Source: an uncultured Candidatus Saccharibacteria bacterium (lineage in GTDB: Bacteria; Patescibacteriota; Minisyncoccia; Phycocordibacterales; PALSA-1337). From it: a stretch of DNA of 64,000 nucleotides. Where the stretch lies: NCBI GenBank assembly GCA_964412585.1, contig CAYPPJ010000001.1:84151-148150 (forward strand). Reading direction: 5' to 3'. The position numbers were made by a program, and so were the translations under genes. Under the pieces are notes generated by a model that was not told the DNA's origin, did not search any database, and worked only from the letters and a program-made list of their open reading frames with translations. Shown here piece by piece: positions 25,766 through 35,766 of this stretch (the first letter of the stretch is position 1; each line of letters begins with the position of its first letter).

Positions 25766-26779
25766 CTACCTCTTACTCATCATGGTCTTCTTGTACACAT
25801 CCAAATGTTCAAGTGCGATACCAGTCCCCTTTGCAACACAGAGCAGCGGCTCATCTGCCATCTGCGCCTTGACGCCAGTACGACGAAATACGAGTTCGGG
25901 AAGATTACGAAGCATCGATGAACCGCCCGTCATCGTGATTCCTTGATCAATAATGTCCGCTGCCAATTCTGGAGGAGTTTCCTGGAGTACATCTTTGATA
26001 GCTTTGATCATGTCACGCAAAGGCGCAGCAATCGCTTTTACGATTTCATTTGTTTTGATCTCAGTCGAGCGAGGAAGTCCAGAAATATAATCGCGTCCCT
26101 TCACTTGCATGCCTAGCTCCTGATCGAGTGGGATAGCAGAACCAATAGTGATCTTGATTATTTCAGCCATGTGGTCACCAATAGCAAGGTTGAATGTTTT
26201 TTTGACGTAGTCAGTAATAGCAGCGTCTATTTTATTTCCAGCAACTTTTACCGAAGTTGAAGACACTATTCCTCCCAACGAAATAACTGCCACATCAGTA
26301 GTGCCTCCACCAATGTCGACAATCATATGTCCGCGTGGTTCTTGGATCGGAATACCTGCACCAATAGCGGCGAGAATTGGCTCTTTGACCACATACGCAT
26401 TTTTTGCGCCTGCACGGAGAGCAGCTTCAACGACTGCGCGGCGTTCAGTGGAGGTAATACCGGCAGGTACAGACACCATGACATCAGGTTTGAAAAATGA
26501 AAAACGGCCTAGGGCTTTATCTATAAAATAGCGGAGCATGGCCTCGGTCACACGGTAATCAGCGATAACTCCATCGCGCATCGGACGATAGGCAACAATA
26601 TTATCTGGCGTGCGACCAACCATTTCCTTTGCCTCATTGCCTACGGCGAGGACTTTTTTATCAACTTCAGAAACCGCTACTACTGAAGGCTCATTCAGGA
26701 TAATTCCCTTACCTGGCAAAAAAACCAGTGTATTAGCTGTGCCGAGGTCAATGCCAAGTTTTGATGAAAAGAGACCCAT
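25766..26779 (-). CDS. mreB: Second MreB/Mbl-family actin homolog
   Basis: LGIDLGTANTLVFL, DIGGGTTDVAV and MTGGSSMLRNL motifs. It shares roughly half its residues with the mreB at 19444..20511. Confidence 0.85.
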   Translation of the reverse strand: MGLFSSKLGIDLGTANTLVFLPGKGIILNEPSVVAVSEVDKKVLAVGNEAKEMVGRTPDNIVAYRPMRDGVIADYRVTEAMLRYFIDKALGRFSFFKPDVMVSVPAGITSTERRAVVEAALRAGAKNAYVVKEPILAAIGAGIPIQEPRGHMIVDIGGGTTDVAVISLGGIVSSTSVKVAGNKIDAAITDYVKKTFNLAIGDHMAEIIKITIGSAIPLDQELGMQVKGRDYISGLPRSTEIKTNEIVKAIAAPLRDMIKAIKDVLQETPPELAADIIDQGITMTGGSSMLRNLPELVFRRTGVKAQMADEPLLCVAKGTGIALEHLDVYKKTMMSKR

Positions 26780-26827
26780 AGGTGGGTTTGACTATAGCAT
26801 ACCTATGGGAGCATTCAATACAAAATA

Positions 26828-28147
26828 TTAGCCTTTGACTCTCTCGACCCGTGCTCCCAATTTTCGTAGTACTTCTTCCAACTGTTCATACCCCCTATCT
26901 ATCAGATGAACATTATTGACCACTGACTTCCCTTTTCCTATGAGCGCAGCAAGTACGATAGCAAAACCGGCGCGAATATCGTGCGCGGTCAACTCTGTAC
27001 CATCTGGCAATTCTTTGAACGGGGTTGGACCTTTGACCACAATCTCGTGCGGATTGACTGTGGTGATCTGCGCACCTAGTTTTAGTACATCTTCAACGTA
27101 TTTAAAACGACCCTCAAAAATTGTCTCAACCACCGTAGTCTGTCCCGTACACTGGGTCAAGAATACAACCATCGGTGACTGAAGATCCGTGGGAAATCCA
27201 GGGTACTCGAGCGTCTGTATACGAGCAACTGATGAATATTGAACAGGACGTGAGTCATTTCGAACGACTATAGAATCAGCGCCGACCGTAATATCTGCCC
27301 CGGCCGACTTGAGTAATGCAATAACCGACTCCACATGATCAGGACGACACTGTGTAATGGTAAGTTCTTTTGCACACAGAGCACCCAATATAAGAAAACT
27401 ACCTGTAGTAATGCGGTCTGGAATAGTTACAAATGGTTTGCGTGCTGAAAGTAATTTTCCAGATCTTCCGGTGATGGTGATAGTTGAAGTGCCCGCCCCC
27501 ACTATCTCCGCACCTGAATCAGTGAGCCACTCTGCAACATTCACGATTTCTGGTTCGCAGGCACAGTTTTTCAACACTGTTGTGCCTTTTGCCAACACTG
27601 CAGCCATCATCAACGTCTCTGTAGCACCAACTGATATTTTTTTGAAAGTAATTTCCGTACCCTGAAGTTCTGTGGATACTGAAATGTCATACGCGCAATC
27701 GTGCTCATTGACTGTTGCGCCCATGTCTTCATATCCTGAAAGAAACAAATCGATTGGCCGTGCGCCGATGACGCAGCCACCTGGAGCGGGAAAGGTGACT
27801 TTTTTGTAACGAGCCAACAATGGGCCAGTGAGAACTACCGACGCGCGCATACCCTTTGCCAATTCATCATCAATATGAGTTGAGCTTAAAGTCGATGAAT
27901 CGATGATAATCTTTTGCGGGTTGTCCTTCGTACGCTCTACACGTGCACCCAATTTTTCCAAAATGGTTGAAAGTGTCTGAATATCACTGTTATTGGGAAC
28001 ATTTTCAAGTGTGACTGGTCCATCAAACAAAATTGCCGCTGCCATTGCTTTGAGTGCAGAGTTTTTTGCGCCATTGATGCGCACCGAGCCCTCGAGTGTT
28101 CGAGCTCCAGCGAGGCCTTGTATGATAAATTGGCTCTTTGTATCCAT
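26828..28147 (-). CDS. murA: UDP-N-acetylglucosamine 1-carboxyvinyltransferase
   Basis: 439 aa. Active-site cysteine context (KNCACE...) and the EPSP-synthase fold signature are seen throughout. Confidence 0.9.
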   Translation of the reverse strand: MDTKSQFIIQGLAGARTLEGSVRINGAKNSALKAMAAAILFDGPVTLENVPNNSDIQTLSTILEKLGARVERTKDNPQKIIIDSSTLSSTHIDDELAKGMRASVVLTGPLLARYKKVTFPAPGGCVIGARPIDLFLSGYEDMGATVNEHDCAYDISVSTELQGTEITFKKISVGATETLMMAAVLAKGTTVLKNCACEPEIVNVAEWLTDSGAEIVGAGTSTITITGRSGKLLSARKPFVTIPDRITTGSFLILGALCAKELTITQCRPDHVESVIALLKSAGADITVGADSIVVRNDSRPVQYSSVARIQTLEYPGFPTDLQSPMVVFLTQCTGQTTVVETIFEGRFKYVEDVLKLGAQITTVNPHEIVVKGPTPFKELPDGTELTAHDIRAGFAIVLAALIGKGKSVVNNVHLIDRGYEQLEEVLRKLGARVERVKG

Positions 28148-28215
28148 ATAAGAAGTCTATTCTACTGTTTTTTTGCTCATTTCACAAATGAAGTAAATAA
28201 TGTATAAATACAGCA

Positions 28216-30204
28216 ATGAAGCCCACTCCTGTTATGCATATCATCACGGTTATTCCCCTCACCCGATCAAAGGTTGTTGGCGAACTTTCGTATTTTACCG
28301 CTTCAGATGTTCCACTCGGCGCCATTGTCTCGGTACCCCTCCGCTCAAAAAATATCCACGGTATTGTTATTGGTACCCGACTAGCTGCTGATTTCAAAGC
28401 GGAGATCAAGGATGCCTCATTTCAACTCAAAAAACTTGGTAAAGTCAAAGCCACCGCTTTTTTTCCACCTGCATTCATGGATGCCTGTCGTGTCCTTGCT
28501 GAGTATTATGCCTCAAATATTGGCTCAGTTATTGATGCGCTCATATCTGACACACTCATGGAGAATGCGCACAAAATCGACCTTCCCGTGCACCAAAATC
28601 AATTCTTCAATGAAATCAAGAGCTCGGCCATAGATGAGACCTTCGCGATCCAAGGAGACGATGAGGACCGTCTTGGCTCGTGGCGCAGCCTTATCCGACA
28701 GGAGTTCGCGCGCAAACGATCCGTCGTTATATATGTACCTGGTGTCGAGGATGCAAAAACCATGTCTTCTGCGCTTACAAAAGGTATCGAGGGGTACATT
28801 TTCACTCTTCACGGCAAACTCAGTAAAAAAGAAATCATTGACACCTGGAAATCAATCGCCGAGACAGCTCATCCTGTCGTAATCGTAGCGACTGGTTCAT
28901 TTTCAATACTTCCACGCGCCGATGTCGACATCGTCATCATTGAACGAGAAAATGGTCGCGGATGGATCAGCCAAAAGCATCCCTATCTCGATGTTCGACA
29001 CGCCATCGAGACTATCGCGCGAAAACAAAAACAGACAGTGTACCGCGCCGACAGCATGTTGCGCACCGAAACGCTTCACCGTGTAGATAGCCATGAAATA
29101 GCTCAGGGGTCACCTTTCAAATGGCGTTCTATCTCCAATGCGCAGGATGTACTTATTGATATGAAAAATGGTCAATCATGGAGATCAAGCTCTACGCACT
29201 CACCGGGAACAGATCCTGCCAACGATACATCTGCTGAAAGTGAAGCCCCAAAGTTCCAGATTCTCTCTCCCGAGCTGAAAGAATTGATAGCCTACAATCA
29301 GCAAAACAGTACTCATCTTTTCCTTCTCACGATTCGTCGTGGACTGTCACCGATCACCGTCTGCAGCGATTGCGAATCCATCGTCTCATGCGTCAATTGT
29401 TCCGCACCCATGGTCCTTCATTCATCCAAGAACTCTGGACGTAATTTTTTCATGTGTCATGTCTGTGGAGAACGACGAGATGCCAATGAAAAATGTAAAA
29501 AATGCGACAGCTGGCGCCTGACGCCCCTCGGTATTGGTATTGACCGCGTCTCAGAAGAATTGAAAGCTGTTTTTCCCGATATTGATGTTTTCAAAATTGA
29601 CGCCGACTCAACCAAGACTGATGCACAAATCTATGCAGTCTTAGAAAAATTCAGAGCCAAGCCCGGAAGCATTCTCCTGGGGACAGAGATGGCGCTTGTG
29701 CACCTCTCAGAAAAAATAGACCACGCGGCAATCGTCTCCCTTGATTCTCTTTTCGCCCTCCCTGATTTTCGTATTCAGGAAAAAATCATGTACACGATTT
29801 GTCGTCTCCGAAATCTTGCAAGCAGATCTATTTTAGTACAGTCCCGCAAGGCTGAAGAGAAAGTTTTTGAATATGCGCTCAAAGGAAACATCAGCGACTT
29901 TTATCGCGCCACTCTTGCTGAGCGAAAACAGTTTATGTACCCACCATTTTCTACGCTCATCAAGATTACCATCGAAGGAAAAAAGGAAAAGATTGCCGCC
30001 GATATGGCTGAAGTCCAGCGACTTCTGTCTCCCCGCGAAATTGATGTGTTCCCTGCGTTTACGGCGACAGTACGCGGCAATTCGATCATCCATGGGCTTC
30101 TCAAATTGCCTGAAGGTGGCTGGCCCAATTCAGATCTATTTGAAATCCTTCACGCATTGCCACCTCAAGTAAAAGTAAAGATTGATCCAGAGAGTTTATT
30201 GTAA
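28216..30204 (+). CDS. priA: Primosomal protein N' (PriA) homolog with degenerate Walker A and Walker B motifs
   Basis: A 3' DNA-binding N-terminal domain, a Cys-rich zinc-binding region (CSDCESIVSCVNCSAPM...CHVCGERRDANEKCKKCDS) and the LGTEMA and PDFRIQEK stretches align with PriA. At the P-loop position the sequence reads GDDEDRLGSW. At the DEEHD position it reads IIERENG. Confidence 0.8.
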   Translation: MKPTPVMHIITVIPLTRSKVVGELSYFTASDVPLGAIVSVPLRSKNIHGIVIGTRLAADFKAEIKDASFQLKKLGKVKATAFFPPAFMDACRVLAEYYASNIGSVIDALISDTLMENAHKIDLPVHQNQFFNEIKSSAIDETFAIQGDDEDRLGSWRSLIRQEFARKRSVVIYVPGVEDAKTMSSALTKGIEGYIFTLHGKLSKKEIIDTWKSIAETAHPVVIVATGSFSILPRADVDIVIIERENGRGWISQKHPYLDVRHAIETIARKQKQTVYRADSMLRTETLHRVDSHEIAQGSPFKWRSISNAQDVLIDMKNGQSWRSSSTHSPGTDPANDTSAESEAPKFQILSPELKELIAYNQQNSTHLFLLTIRRGLSPITVCSDCESIVSCVNCSAPMVLHSSKNSGRNFFMCHVCGERRDANEKCKKCDSWRLTPLGIGIDRVSEELKAVFPDIDVFKIDADSTKTDAQIYAVLEKFRAKPGSILLGTEMALVHLSEKIDHAAIVSLDSLFALPDFRIQEKIMYTICRLRNLASRSILVQSRKAEEKVFEYALKGNISDFYRATLAERKQFMYPPFSTLIKITIEGKKEKIAADMAEVQRLLSPREIDVFPAFTATVRGNSIIHGLLKLPEGGWPNSDLFEILHALPPQVKVKIDPESLL

Positions 30205-30246
30205 AAACGATACAATCTTTACCGATTATCATTTTCCTGTTACAGT

Positions 30247-30783
30247 TTGTACATGAAAGACATTGTCCAGCGAGACAACCCCATTCTTCACAAAAAGGCA
30301 AAAACTGTGCCCTTGGCAGATATCGGCTCTGCATATATACAAAAGGTCATCGCTGACATGTCCGCTGCTATGAATTCACAAAAAGATGGCATTGCTATTG
30401 CCGCACCTCAAATAGGATCACCACTACGAATCTTTGTTGTATCTGGCGACCTCCTCAAGCAAGCGGATAAAACGTACACGGGCGATGGGGGCAACCTTAT
30501 ATTTATCAATCCAGAGATCACCAAATTATCACGTGACAAAAAGGATATGGAGGAAGGCTGTCTTTCAGTTCGATGGCTCTACGGTAGAGTCAAACGTTCA
30601 ACCCGTGCCACTCTGCGTGCGTACAATGAGAAAGGTGTTCGGATAGAGCGAGGCGCCAGCGGACTTCTCGCTCAAATATTCCAGCACGAAACTGATCATC
30701 TCAACGGCGAACTTTTCATCGATAAAGCTGAACAGGTGTGGCAGATGAGCGAAGAAGAGATCAAAGAGCTCCAGAAAAAGTAA
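30247..30783 (+). CDS. def: Peptide deformylase
   Basis: G(I)A(A)PQIG, EGCLS and QHETDHLNG motifs. Confidence 0.9.
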   Translation: MYMKDIVQRDNPILHKKAKTVPLADIGSAYIQKVIADMSAAMNSQKDGIAIAAPQIGSPLRIFVVSGDLLKQADKTYTGDGGNLIFINPEITKLSRDKKDMEEGCLSVRWLYGRVKRSTRATLRAYNEKGVRIERGASGLLAQIFQHETDHLNGELFIDKAEQVWQMSEEEIKELQKK

Positions 30784-30786
30784 CCT

Positions 30787-30806
30787 GAGATTAGTAATCA
30801 GTAATC
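30787..30806 (+). repeat. Copy 2 of the recurring intergenic motif
   Basis: GAGATTAGTAATCAGTAATC starts 4 nt after the def stop and lies upstream of fmt. Confidence 0.6.
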
Positions 30807-30821
30807 AGAACACGTCCACAT

Positions 30822-31691
30822 ATGCCCAATCCATCTCTTGTCTCATTTGCCTTTTTTGGATCATCACGTCTCTCAGTAATAGTACTTGATGAGCTACTTA
30901 CGCTCGGATTGACGCCGTCCTTTATCGTTACGACTCCCGACAAACCTCAGGGACGCAAACTTGTTTTGACGCCGAATGTCGTCAAAACATGGGCACAAGA
31001 GCATTCGATCGAAGTGTTCACGCCCACCAAACTTGACTCTGCTTTTCTCGAGCTTTTAAAATCAAAGCCCGTTGATACATATATTGTCGCCTCATACGGA
31101 AAATTATTCCCCGAGGAGCTTTTGTATATTCCCCGTAGGAAAACCCTCAACATTCACCCTTCTCTGCTACCAAAATATCGTGGTGCTTCCCCTCTTCCGA
31201 GCGCCATGCTCAATGATGACAAGCACACAGGCGTGACTATCATGAGACTTGATTACGAAATGGATCACGGGCCAATCATCGCTCAAAAAGAAGTTATTGT
31301 CTCCGAATGGCCACTATATGAAGATTTTGAGGAACAGATGGCGCGCGAAGGTGCCCGATTGCTTGCCACTGTATTGCCAGAGTGGGTTGCGGGAAAGATT
31401 GAGGAGAAGGAGCAAGATCATTCATCCGCTACGTATACACAGAAAATCACCAAGGAAGACGGGCTCATAGATCTCGCCGGAAATGGGTACGATAATTTTC
31501 GTAAAATTCAGGCGTTTCATCAATGGCCACAAGCGTATTTCTTCATCGAAAAAAATGGAAAACAGATACGTGTGAAAGTTACCCAAGCGACATTTGGCTC
31601 AGGAAAACTGATTATTGAAAAAGTTATCCCCGAGGGTGGCAAGGAGATGAGTTACAAGGATTTCAGGAGTGGTTATTCGGTCACTATATAG
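30822..31691 (+). CDS. fmt: Methionyl-tRNA formyltransferase
   Basis: An N-terminal formyltransferase domain with HPSLLPKYRG is followed by a C-terminal Fmt beta-barrel domain. It lies immediately downstream of def. Confidence 0.85.
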   Translation: MPNPSLVSFAFFGSSRLSVIVLDELLTLGLTPSFIVTTPDKPQGRKLVLTPNVVKTWAQEHSIEVFTPTKLDSAFLELLKSKPVDTYIVASYGKLFPEELLYIPRRKTLNIHPSLLPKYRGASPLPSAMLNDDKHTGVTIMRLDYEMDHGPIIAQKEVIVSEWPLYEDFEEQMAREGARLLATVLPEWVAGKIEEKEQDHSSATYTQKITKEDGLIDLAGNGYDNFRKIQAFHQWPQAYFFIEKNGKQIRVKVTQATFGSGKLIIEKVIPEGGKEMSYKDFRSGYSVTI

Positions 31692-31855
31692 GTCGAAGCG
31701 TCTGCTACATTGAATGTTTTTCCGACTGCTTCAGCCTTTGAAGTAAAGTAGTAGAGTGCAGTCCAAAAAAACAATACTCCCATAAATGCGATGCATAGCC
31801 ACTGATTGACGGGCTGTTTTAACTCGGCCAAACTAAAGAACGATTTTTTATTCAT
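31673..31855 (-). CDS. Possible small membrane protein (60 aa)
   Basis: ORF with one TM helix between fmt and hpf. There is no clear Shine-Dalgarno. Weak support. Confidence 0.25.
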   Translation of the reverse strand: MNKKSFFSLAELKQPVNQWLCIAFMGVLFFWTALYYFTSKAEAVGKTFNVADASTYIVTE

Positions 31856-31876
31856 TGAATATACTGATTGTATTGA

Positions 31877-32254
31877 TTAATTATTACCACGCGTCCACAG
31901 CCCCTTCATCATCTGTTTGATGCGGGCACCTCCACGACGAATACGTGATGATTGCTTCTTGCGTGTCGAAGTAAAGTCACGTACAACCGCATCGCGAACC
32001 TGGTCAACCGCGGCATACAAGTCTTCCCCCTCGATAGAGGTATAAATGTTGAGACCATTTGCCCCAACGAGATGAATCTCAGCCTTGAACACATCACCTT
32101 TGTGGTGGTGCGCGGTCGTACGACCCAGCTCAACATCGCACTGTGCGGACGGATCATCGCTTGTCAGTTTTTCTATCTTGTCGAGACGCTTGTTTACATA
32201 TTCAGAAATCGCATCGGTCAACGTAATGTTGGTTGTCTTGATGTGTATATTCAT
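31877..32254 (-). CDS. hpf: Ribosome hibernation promoting factor (HPF/RaiA family)
   Basis: MNIHIKTTNITLTDAISEYVNKRLDKIEKL ... FKAEIHL matches the sigma-54 modulation protein / RaiA fold signature. Confidence 0.8.
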   Translation of the reverse strand: MNIHIKTTNITLTDAISEYVNKRLDKIEKLTSDDPSAQCDVELGRTTAHHHKGDVFKAEIHLVGANGLNIYTSIEGEDLYAAVDQVRDAVVRDFTSTRKKQSSRIRRGGARIKQMMKGLWTRGNN

Positions 32255-32342
32255 ATGACTAGTATACCAGTTTTTCTTTTCTGAGGAAATAATTGTGGGC
32301 TATGTTTTGATTTACCTGATAAGATATGGTACATTTTGTCCT

Positions 32343-32418
32343 GTACTCATATTCCGCGGTAGCTCAGCCGGTAGAGCGCCTCGCTGTTAACGAGGATGTC
32401 CCAGGTTCGATCCCTGGC
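32343..32418 (+). tRNA. tRNA-Asn (anticodon GTT)
   Basis: Cloverleaf read directly from the sequence. Acceptor arm TCCGCGG/CCGCGGA, D-arm GCTC-AGCCGGTA-GAGC, anticodon arm CCTCG-CTGTTAA-CGAGG, T-arm CCAGG-TTCGATC-CCTGG, discriminator G and an encoded CCA. Confidence 0.9.
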
Positions 32419-32429
32419 CGCGGAGCCAG

Positions 32430-32885
32430 ATGAAAAAAGGTACTAAAATTGTAATCTTACTCGTCGCGCTCGTTGTGACATTCTTTTTAGGGAGAATGGT
32501 TGGAACCTACGAGGAAATGCCGAAATTCGTACGATATGATGAACTTCAGAAAACGTATCCCATCTTAACTGAATATCGTGGGTGGACCAGTGCTATTAGC
32601 ACAGACTCAGGAAAAACATATCATTCGAGTGAGATTAAACTTCCTCGTGTACCTATCCAATATGGTTTCGGAGTAAGTTGTGAAGATGGCTCTCCTGCAA
32701 CTTACAAGTTGTATTCTGCTTTTGGTAATAGTAAATACGCCCAATTAATGACGGGTGGTATTTTTGATGGTTATTTTTCTTCGGTACGAGTGATCGACTG
32801 TAAGGATCATTACTATATCAACGAGAATGGAAACAATGAATACGCGAAGTATTACGGACCTTTCTATTTTTCTTCAACCAAATAG
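32430..32885 (+). CDS. Hypothetical secreted or membrane-anchored protein (151 aa)
   Basis: N-terminal signal/TM (KIVILLVALVVTFFLG). It starts 12 nt after the tRNA. I recognised no domain. Confidence 0.5.
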   Translation: MKKGTKIVILLVALVVTFFLGRMVGTYEEMPKFVRYDELQKTYPILTEYRGWTSAISTDSGKTYHSSEIKLPRVPIQYGFGVSCEDGSPATYKLYSAFGNSKYAQLMTGGIFDGYFSSVRVIDCKDHYYINENGNNEYAKYYGPFYFSSTK

Positions 32886-33073
32886 ATTTTCTAGAATTTG
32901 TTATTAGACAGCTTCCATTTCCCCCATAGTCGTATGGAGTGTATATATTTAACTATTGACAATATATATAATTTATGCTAGTGTATGTCTAGCGCTTTTC
33001 ATATACAGGAATGGCCGTATCCCCAAGGATACTCTCGTATCTTTCGGGATACGGCCAACAACAACTCCTGCAT

Positions 33074-33358
33074 ATGAAAAAACCTGATAGTAAATTGACA
33101 CCCGAGGAAAAAGAGCTCCGATACGGAACCGAGTTCGTCGGTACTATCCTCCAAAAGCTGGATATTCGTACACCAACGAACACTGCCGAGATCGAGGCCT
33201 TCAACAAACGAATGGATGAAATCTTTGGACTCAGTGAAATCCAGGATAAATTCGTACCCGTGCGGTACTTATTGGTCTGCGAGTCGCTGGGTATCAAGTC
33301 AATCACCCTGATCGGCTTTAAGGCTCTTCTTCCAAATGGTGGTAAACCCACTCGGTGA
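33074..33358 (+). CDS. Hypothetical protein (about 95 aa)
   Basis: MKKPDSKLTPEEKELRYGTEFVG.... I prefer it to the antisense ORF 32989..33378. An AT-rich promoter-like region with TTGACA at 32956 lies upstream and a terminator follows. Confidence 0.4.
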   Translation: MKKPDSKLTPEEKELRYGTEFVGTILQKLDIRTPTNTAEIEAFNKRMDEIFGLSEIQDKFVPVRYLLVCESLGIKSITLIGFKALLPNGGKPTR

Positions 33359-33396
33359 GCAACCGTGGCAAAAGCCAAAAGTTTTCAAAGATATAA

Positions 33397-33432
33397 CCCA
33401 CCGCAGGACGATTCCGGCGGTGGTTTCTTTTT
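33397..33432 (+). terminator. Rho-independent terminator
   Basis: A CCACCGC ... GCGGTGG stem is followed by TTTCTTTTT. Confidence 0.6.
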
Positions 33433-33552
33433 ACCCGCGATAGACGTATATCGCCCATCACCAAATGGAGACACCCGTTACATGGCTGCCAGGCCTATAA
33501 TAGGTTCCTTTACACTTCTTGTGAGTAAGTGCTCCTACTGATATTTTTTTGC

Positions 33553-35292
33553 TTACCCAAACGTAAAGGTAAATGCTTGTAATCCGGCTTTTGGAACTAC
33601 AATGTGGAGTGTATGTTTTCCGTATTCAGTATCCTGAATGAGTGGATAGAGTGTTTCGTCTTTGATCAGTACTTTCTTTACAAATACATCATCCTTGTAG
33701 ATTTCCACTTCAACACCTTCCTTTGATCCTGCAGTGATATAGACGTTTTTTGCCTCATAATTAAAAATCACACTACCCACGCTTTTACTCTCAGCATATT
33801 CAGGCGTTATATTCCATGTACCACTGAGGTAGAGTCTGTTGGAATATATGTTTGCAGGAACGGTGAGAGTCTGTTCACCAGATCGACCAGCAATACCGTC
33901 AGCAAAATATTGATTTCGGGACGACCCGAAATATGTCTCAGGACTTTTTACCTTGCTCGTGTCCACCGTTACTACATCTTTTGGATTCGTTGTTGTCGTT
34001 GAAATCTTACCATCCATACCCATGCGTGCCGCACGTTCTCTAAGTGCGTTTTGTATTGCTCTCTCTGTTTCTTCATAATTCCCTTCTCCTACGTGGTCAT
34101 AGACAATGTATCCATCAATATCAACAAGATACTTACGCGGCCAAAATTGATTGCCGAGCGCATTCCATGTCGAATAATCATTATCGAGAACCACGGGATA
34201 TTTGATACCAAATTTTTCTACCGCTTTTTCAACATTTGATTGAACCTTCTCAAATGCGAACTCCGGAGTATGGAGGCCAACAACGACAAGTCCCTGATCC
34301 TTATACGTTGCATACCAATCATTTATGTACGGCAATGTTCGCTGGCAGTTGATACAGCTGTAGGTCCAGATATCGAGGAGCACCACTTTCCCTTTAAGTT
34401 CAGCGAGAGTGATCGGCTTGCCATCAGTATTAACGTATCCATCAATCGTGCTCAACTCAGGGACTTTTAGGTATCTAGAACGTTTTTGTTCGATAGTAAG
34501 ATATGAACTCGAATCTGTATTCATTGAACGTTCTTGTATCGGTTCATCTTTTTGAGCATCATTCTTTTGCAACAGTGTCTGCTCTATCTTCGTCACATCA
34601 AAGAATCCAGCATCAAGAAGAAATACCTGGGTTTTTTTATCGAGTCCGCCAATGATCGCAATACCAACAATGAGGAATATGATACCAAGCGTTCTTTTGA
34701 ACCACCCATTCGGATTAGCCGCAACCCCAAGTTTGTTCATTATCTTCTGTCCGACGACAGAGACAATCAGAAGTGAGATACAGAGGCCGATTGTATAGGT
34801 GAGCAGATACGTCAATCCAAGGAAGAAATTAACGGGCAAAACGGTCGCAAGAACAATGAAATACGTTGGGCTACATGTCGAGAACACAGGACCGAGTGAG
34901 GCACCGACGATAACATCCCCCCAGAAATTCTTTTTTTGATCACCTTTACCAAGAAGGATGTTTGACTTGGTACTGAGTTTCGCCAGCAACTTATTTTCCC
35001 AGAGAGATGGAAAGCATGTGACAAGACCGAGAACTATCACAATGCCTCCTGAAATCCATTTCCACACATACTCGGGGATATCAATAAAGAGAGTACTCGC
35101 TTTAAGGAGGAGTGTGAAAACAATAACTGATATTCCAAGAGAAAGGATGATAGTAAAGGCTTTTTTCTTATTGAATCTTGTAGTACCCCCATCCGAAAGC
35201 GTACCTCCGACAATCACTGGCAAGAGTGGCAGAATGCAGGGCGCAAGCACCGTGAGGACTCCAGCGATAAATGAAATAAGGAGAAGTAACAT
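33553..35292 (-). CDS. CcdA/DsbD-type membrane electron transporter fused to a thioredoxin-like (TlpA/ResA-type CxxC) domain and a C-terminal extracytoplasmic domain
   Basis: The N-terminal polytopic region has conserved cysteines (APCILPLLP..., FSTCSPT). The thioredoxin-fold active site reads WTYSCINCQ. About 200 aa of beta-rich C-terminal sequence follow. Confidence 0.75.
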   Translation of the reverse strand: MLLLLISFIAGVLTVLAPCILPLLPVIVGGTLSDGGTTRFNKKKAFTIILSLGISVIVFTLLLKASTLFIDIPEYVWKWISGGIVIVLGLVTCFPSLWENKLLAKLSTKSNILLGKGDQKKNFWGDVIVGASLGPVFSTCSPTYFIVLATVLPVNFFLGLTYLLTYTIGLCISLLIVSVVGQKIMNKLGVAANPNGWFKRTLGIIFLIVGIAIIGGLDKKTQVFLLDAGFFDVTKIEQTLLQKNDAQKDEPIQERSMNTDSSSYLTIEQKRSRYLKVPELSTIDGYVNTDGKPITLAELKGKVVLLDIWTYSCINCQRTLPYINDWYATYKDQGLVVVGLHTPEFAFEKVQSNVEKAVEKFGIKYPVVLDNDYSTWNALGNQFWPRKYLVDIDGYIVYDHVGEGNYEETERAIQNALRERAARMGMDGKISTTTTNPKDVVTVDTSKVKSPETYFGSSRNQYFADGIAGRSGEQTLTVPANIYSNRLYLSGTWNITPEYAESKSVGSVIFNYEAKNVYITAGSKEGVEVEIYKDDVFVKKVLIKDETLYPLIQDTEYGKHTLHIVVPKAGLQAFTFTFG

Positions 35293-35403
35293 ACTAATTT
35301 ATTGTAAGCATTAATTTCTAATATGCTTAAGTATATAAAATACAAAACACCATGTAAAGTCTACTTTACATGGTACAAGTGGATAACTGGTCACCATGGC
35401 TGA

Positions 35404-35766
35404 CTAGAGATTCCTATCACTCCAGATGCGTGTACCAATCTTTGTTACCACCATGACAATAAGAGCAATCACCAGCCACTCATCGACAGTGTGGGAGTAT
35501 CCTTGAATAATAATACCGAGAATGAGAGCGGCAGAACCAGTAAGGAAAGCGTTTCGTCCGGCCAGCGCCTTGTGTTGATCATCTCGCTCGTCCACCGCTT
35601 TTTCCCTGAGTATAAAGCTGGCAAATATAGCAAAGAGGACCAAAATAACCGCAAGCATGCTCATCACCATCATGTCTGGCATCCAGAAGTGGAAAGGATT
35701 CAAAAGTAGTATCGCCGTAACGATAAGGCCAAGAGTAACGATTGATTCTTTGAGGTTATTTTTCAT
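35404..35766 (-). CDS. Small membrane protein partnered with the upstream XRE regulator (DUF2178-like arrangement)
   Basis: Starts MKNNLKESIVTLGLIVTAILLL and has three to four TM helices. It overlaps the upstream HTH gene stop by about 11 nt. Confidence 0.5.
   Translation of the reverse strand: MKNNLKESIVTLGLIVTAILLLNPFHFWMPDMMVMSMLAVILVLFAIFASFILREKAVDERDDQHKALAGRNAFLTGSAALILGIIIQGYSHTVDEWLVIALIVMVVTKIGTRIWSDRNL

Noticed and set aside
28525-28812. Minus-strand ORFs of 95 and 68 aa inside priA
   Set aside because: They are fully antisense to the conserved PriA frame.
32989-33378. 129-aa minus-strand ORF overlapping the 33074..33358 plus gene
   Set aside because: The plus frame has a typical mixed-charge globular composition, an upstream AT-rich promoter-like region and a downstream terminator. 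The minus frame is Ser/Arg-rich. Both calls are low-confidence.
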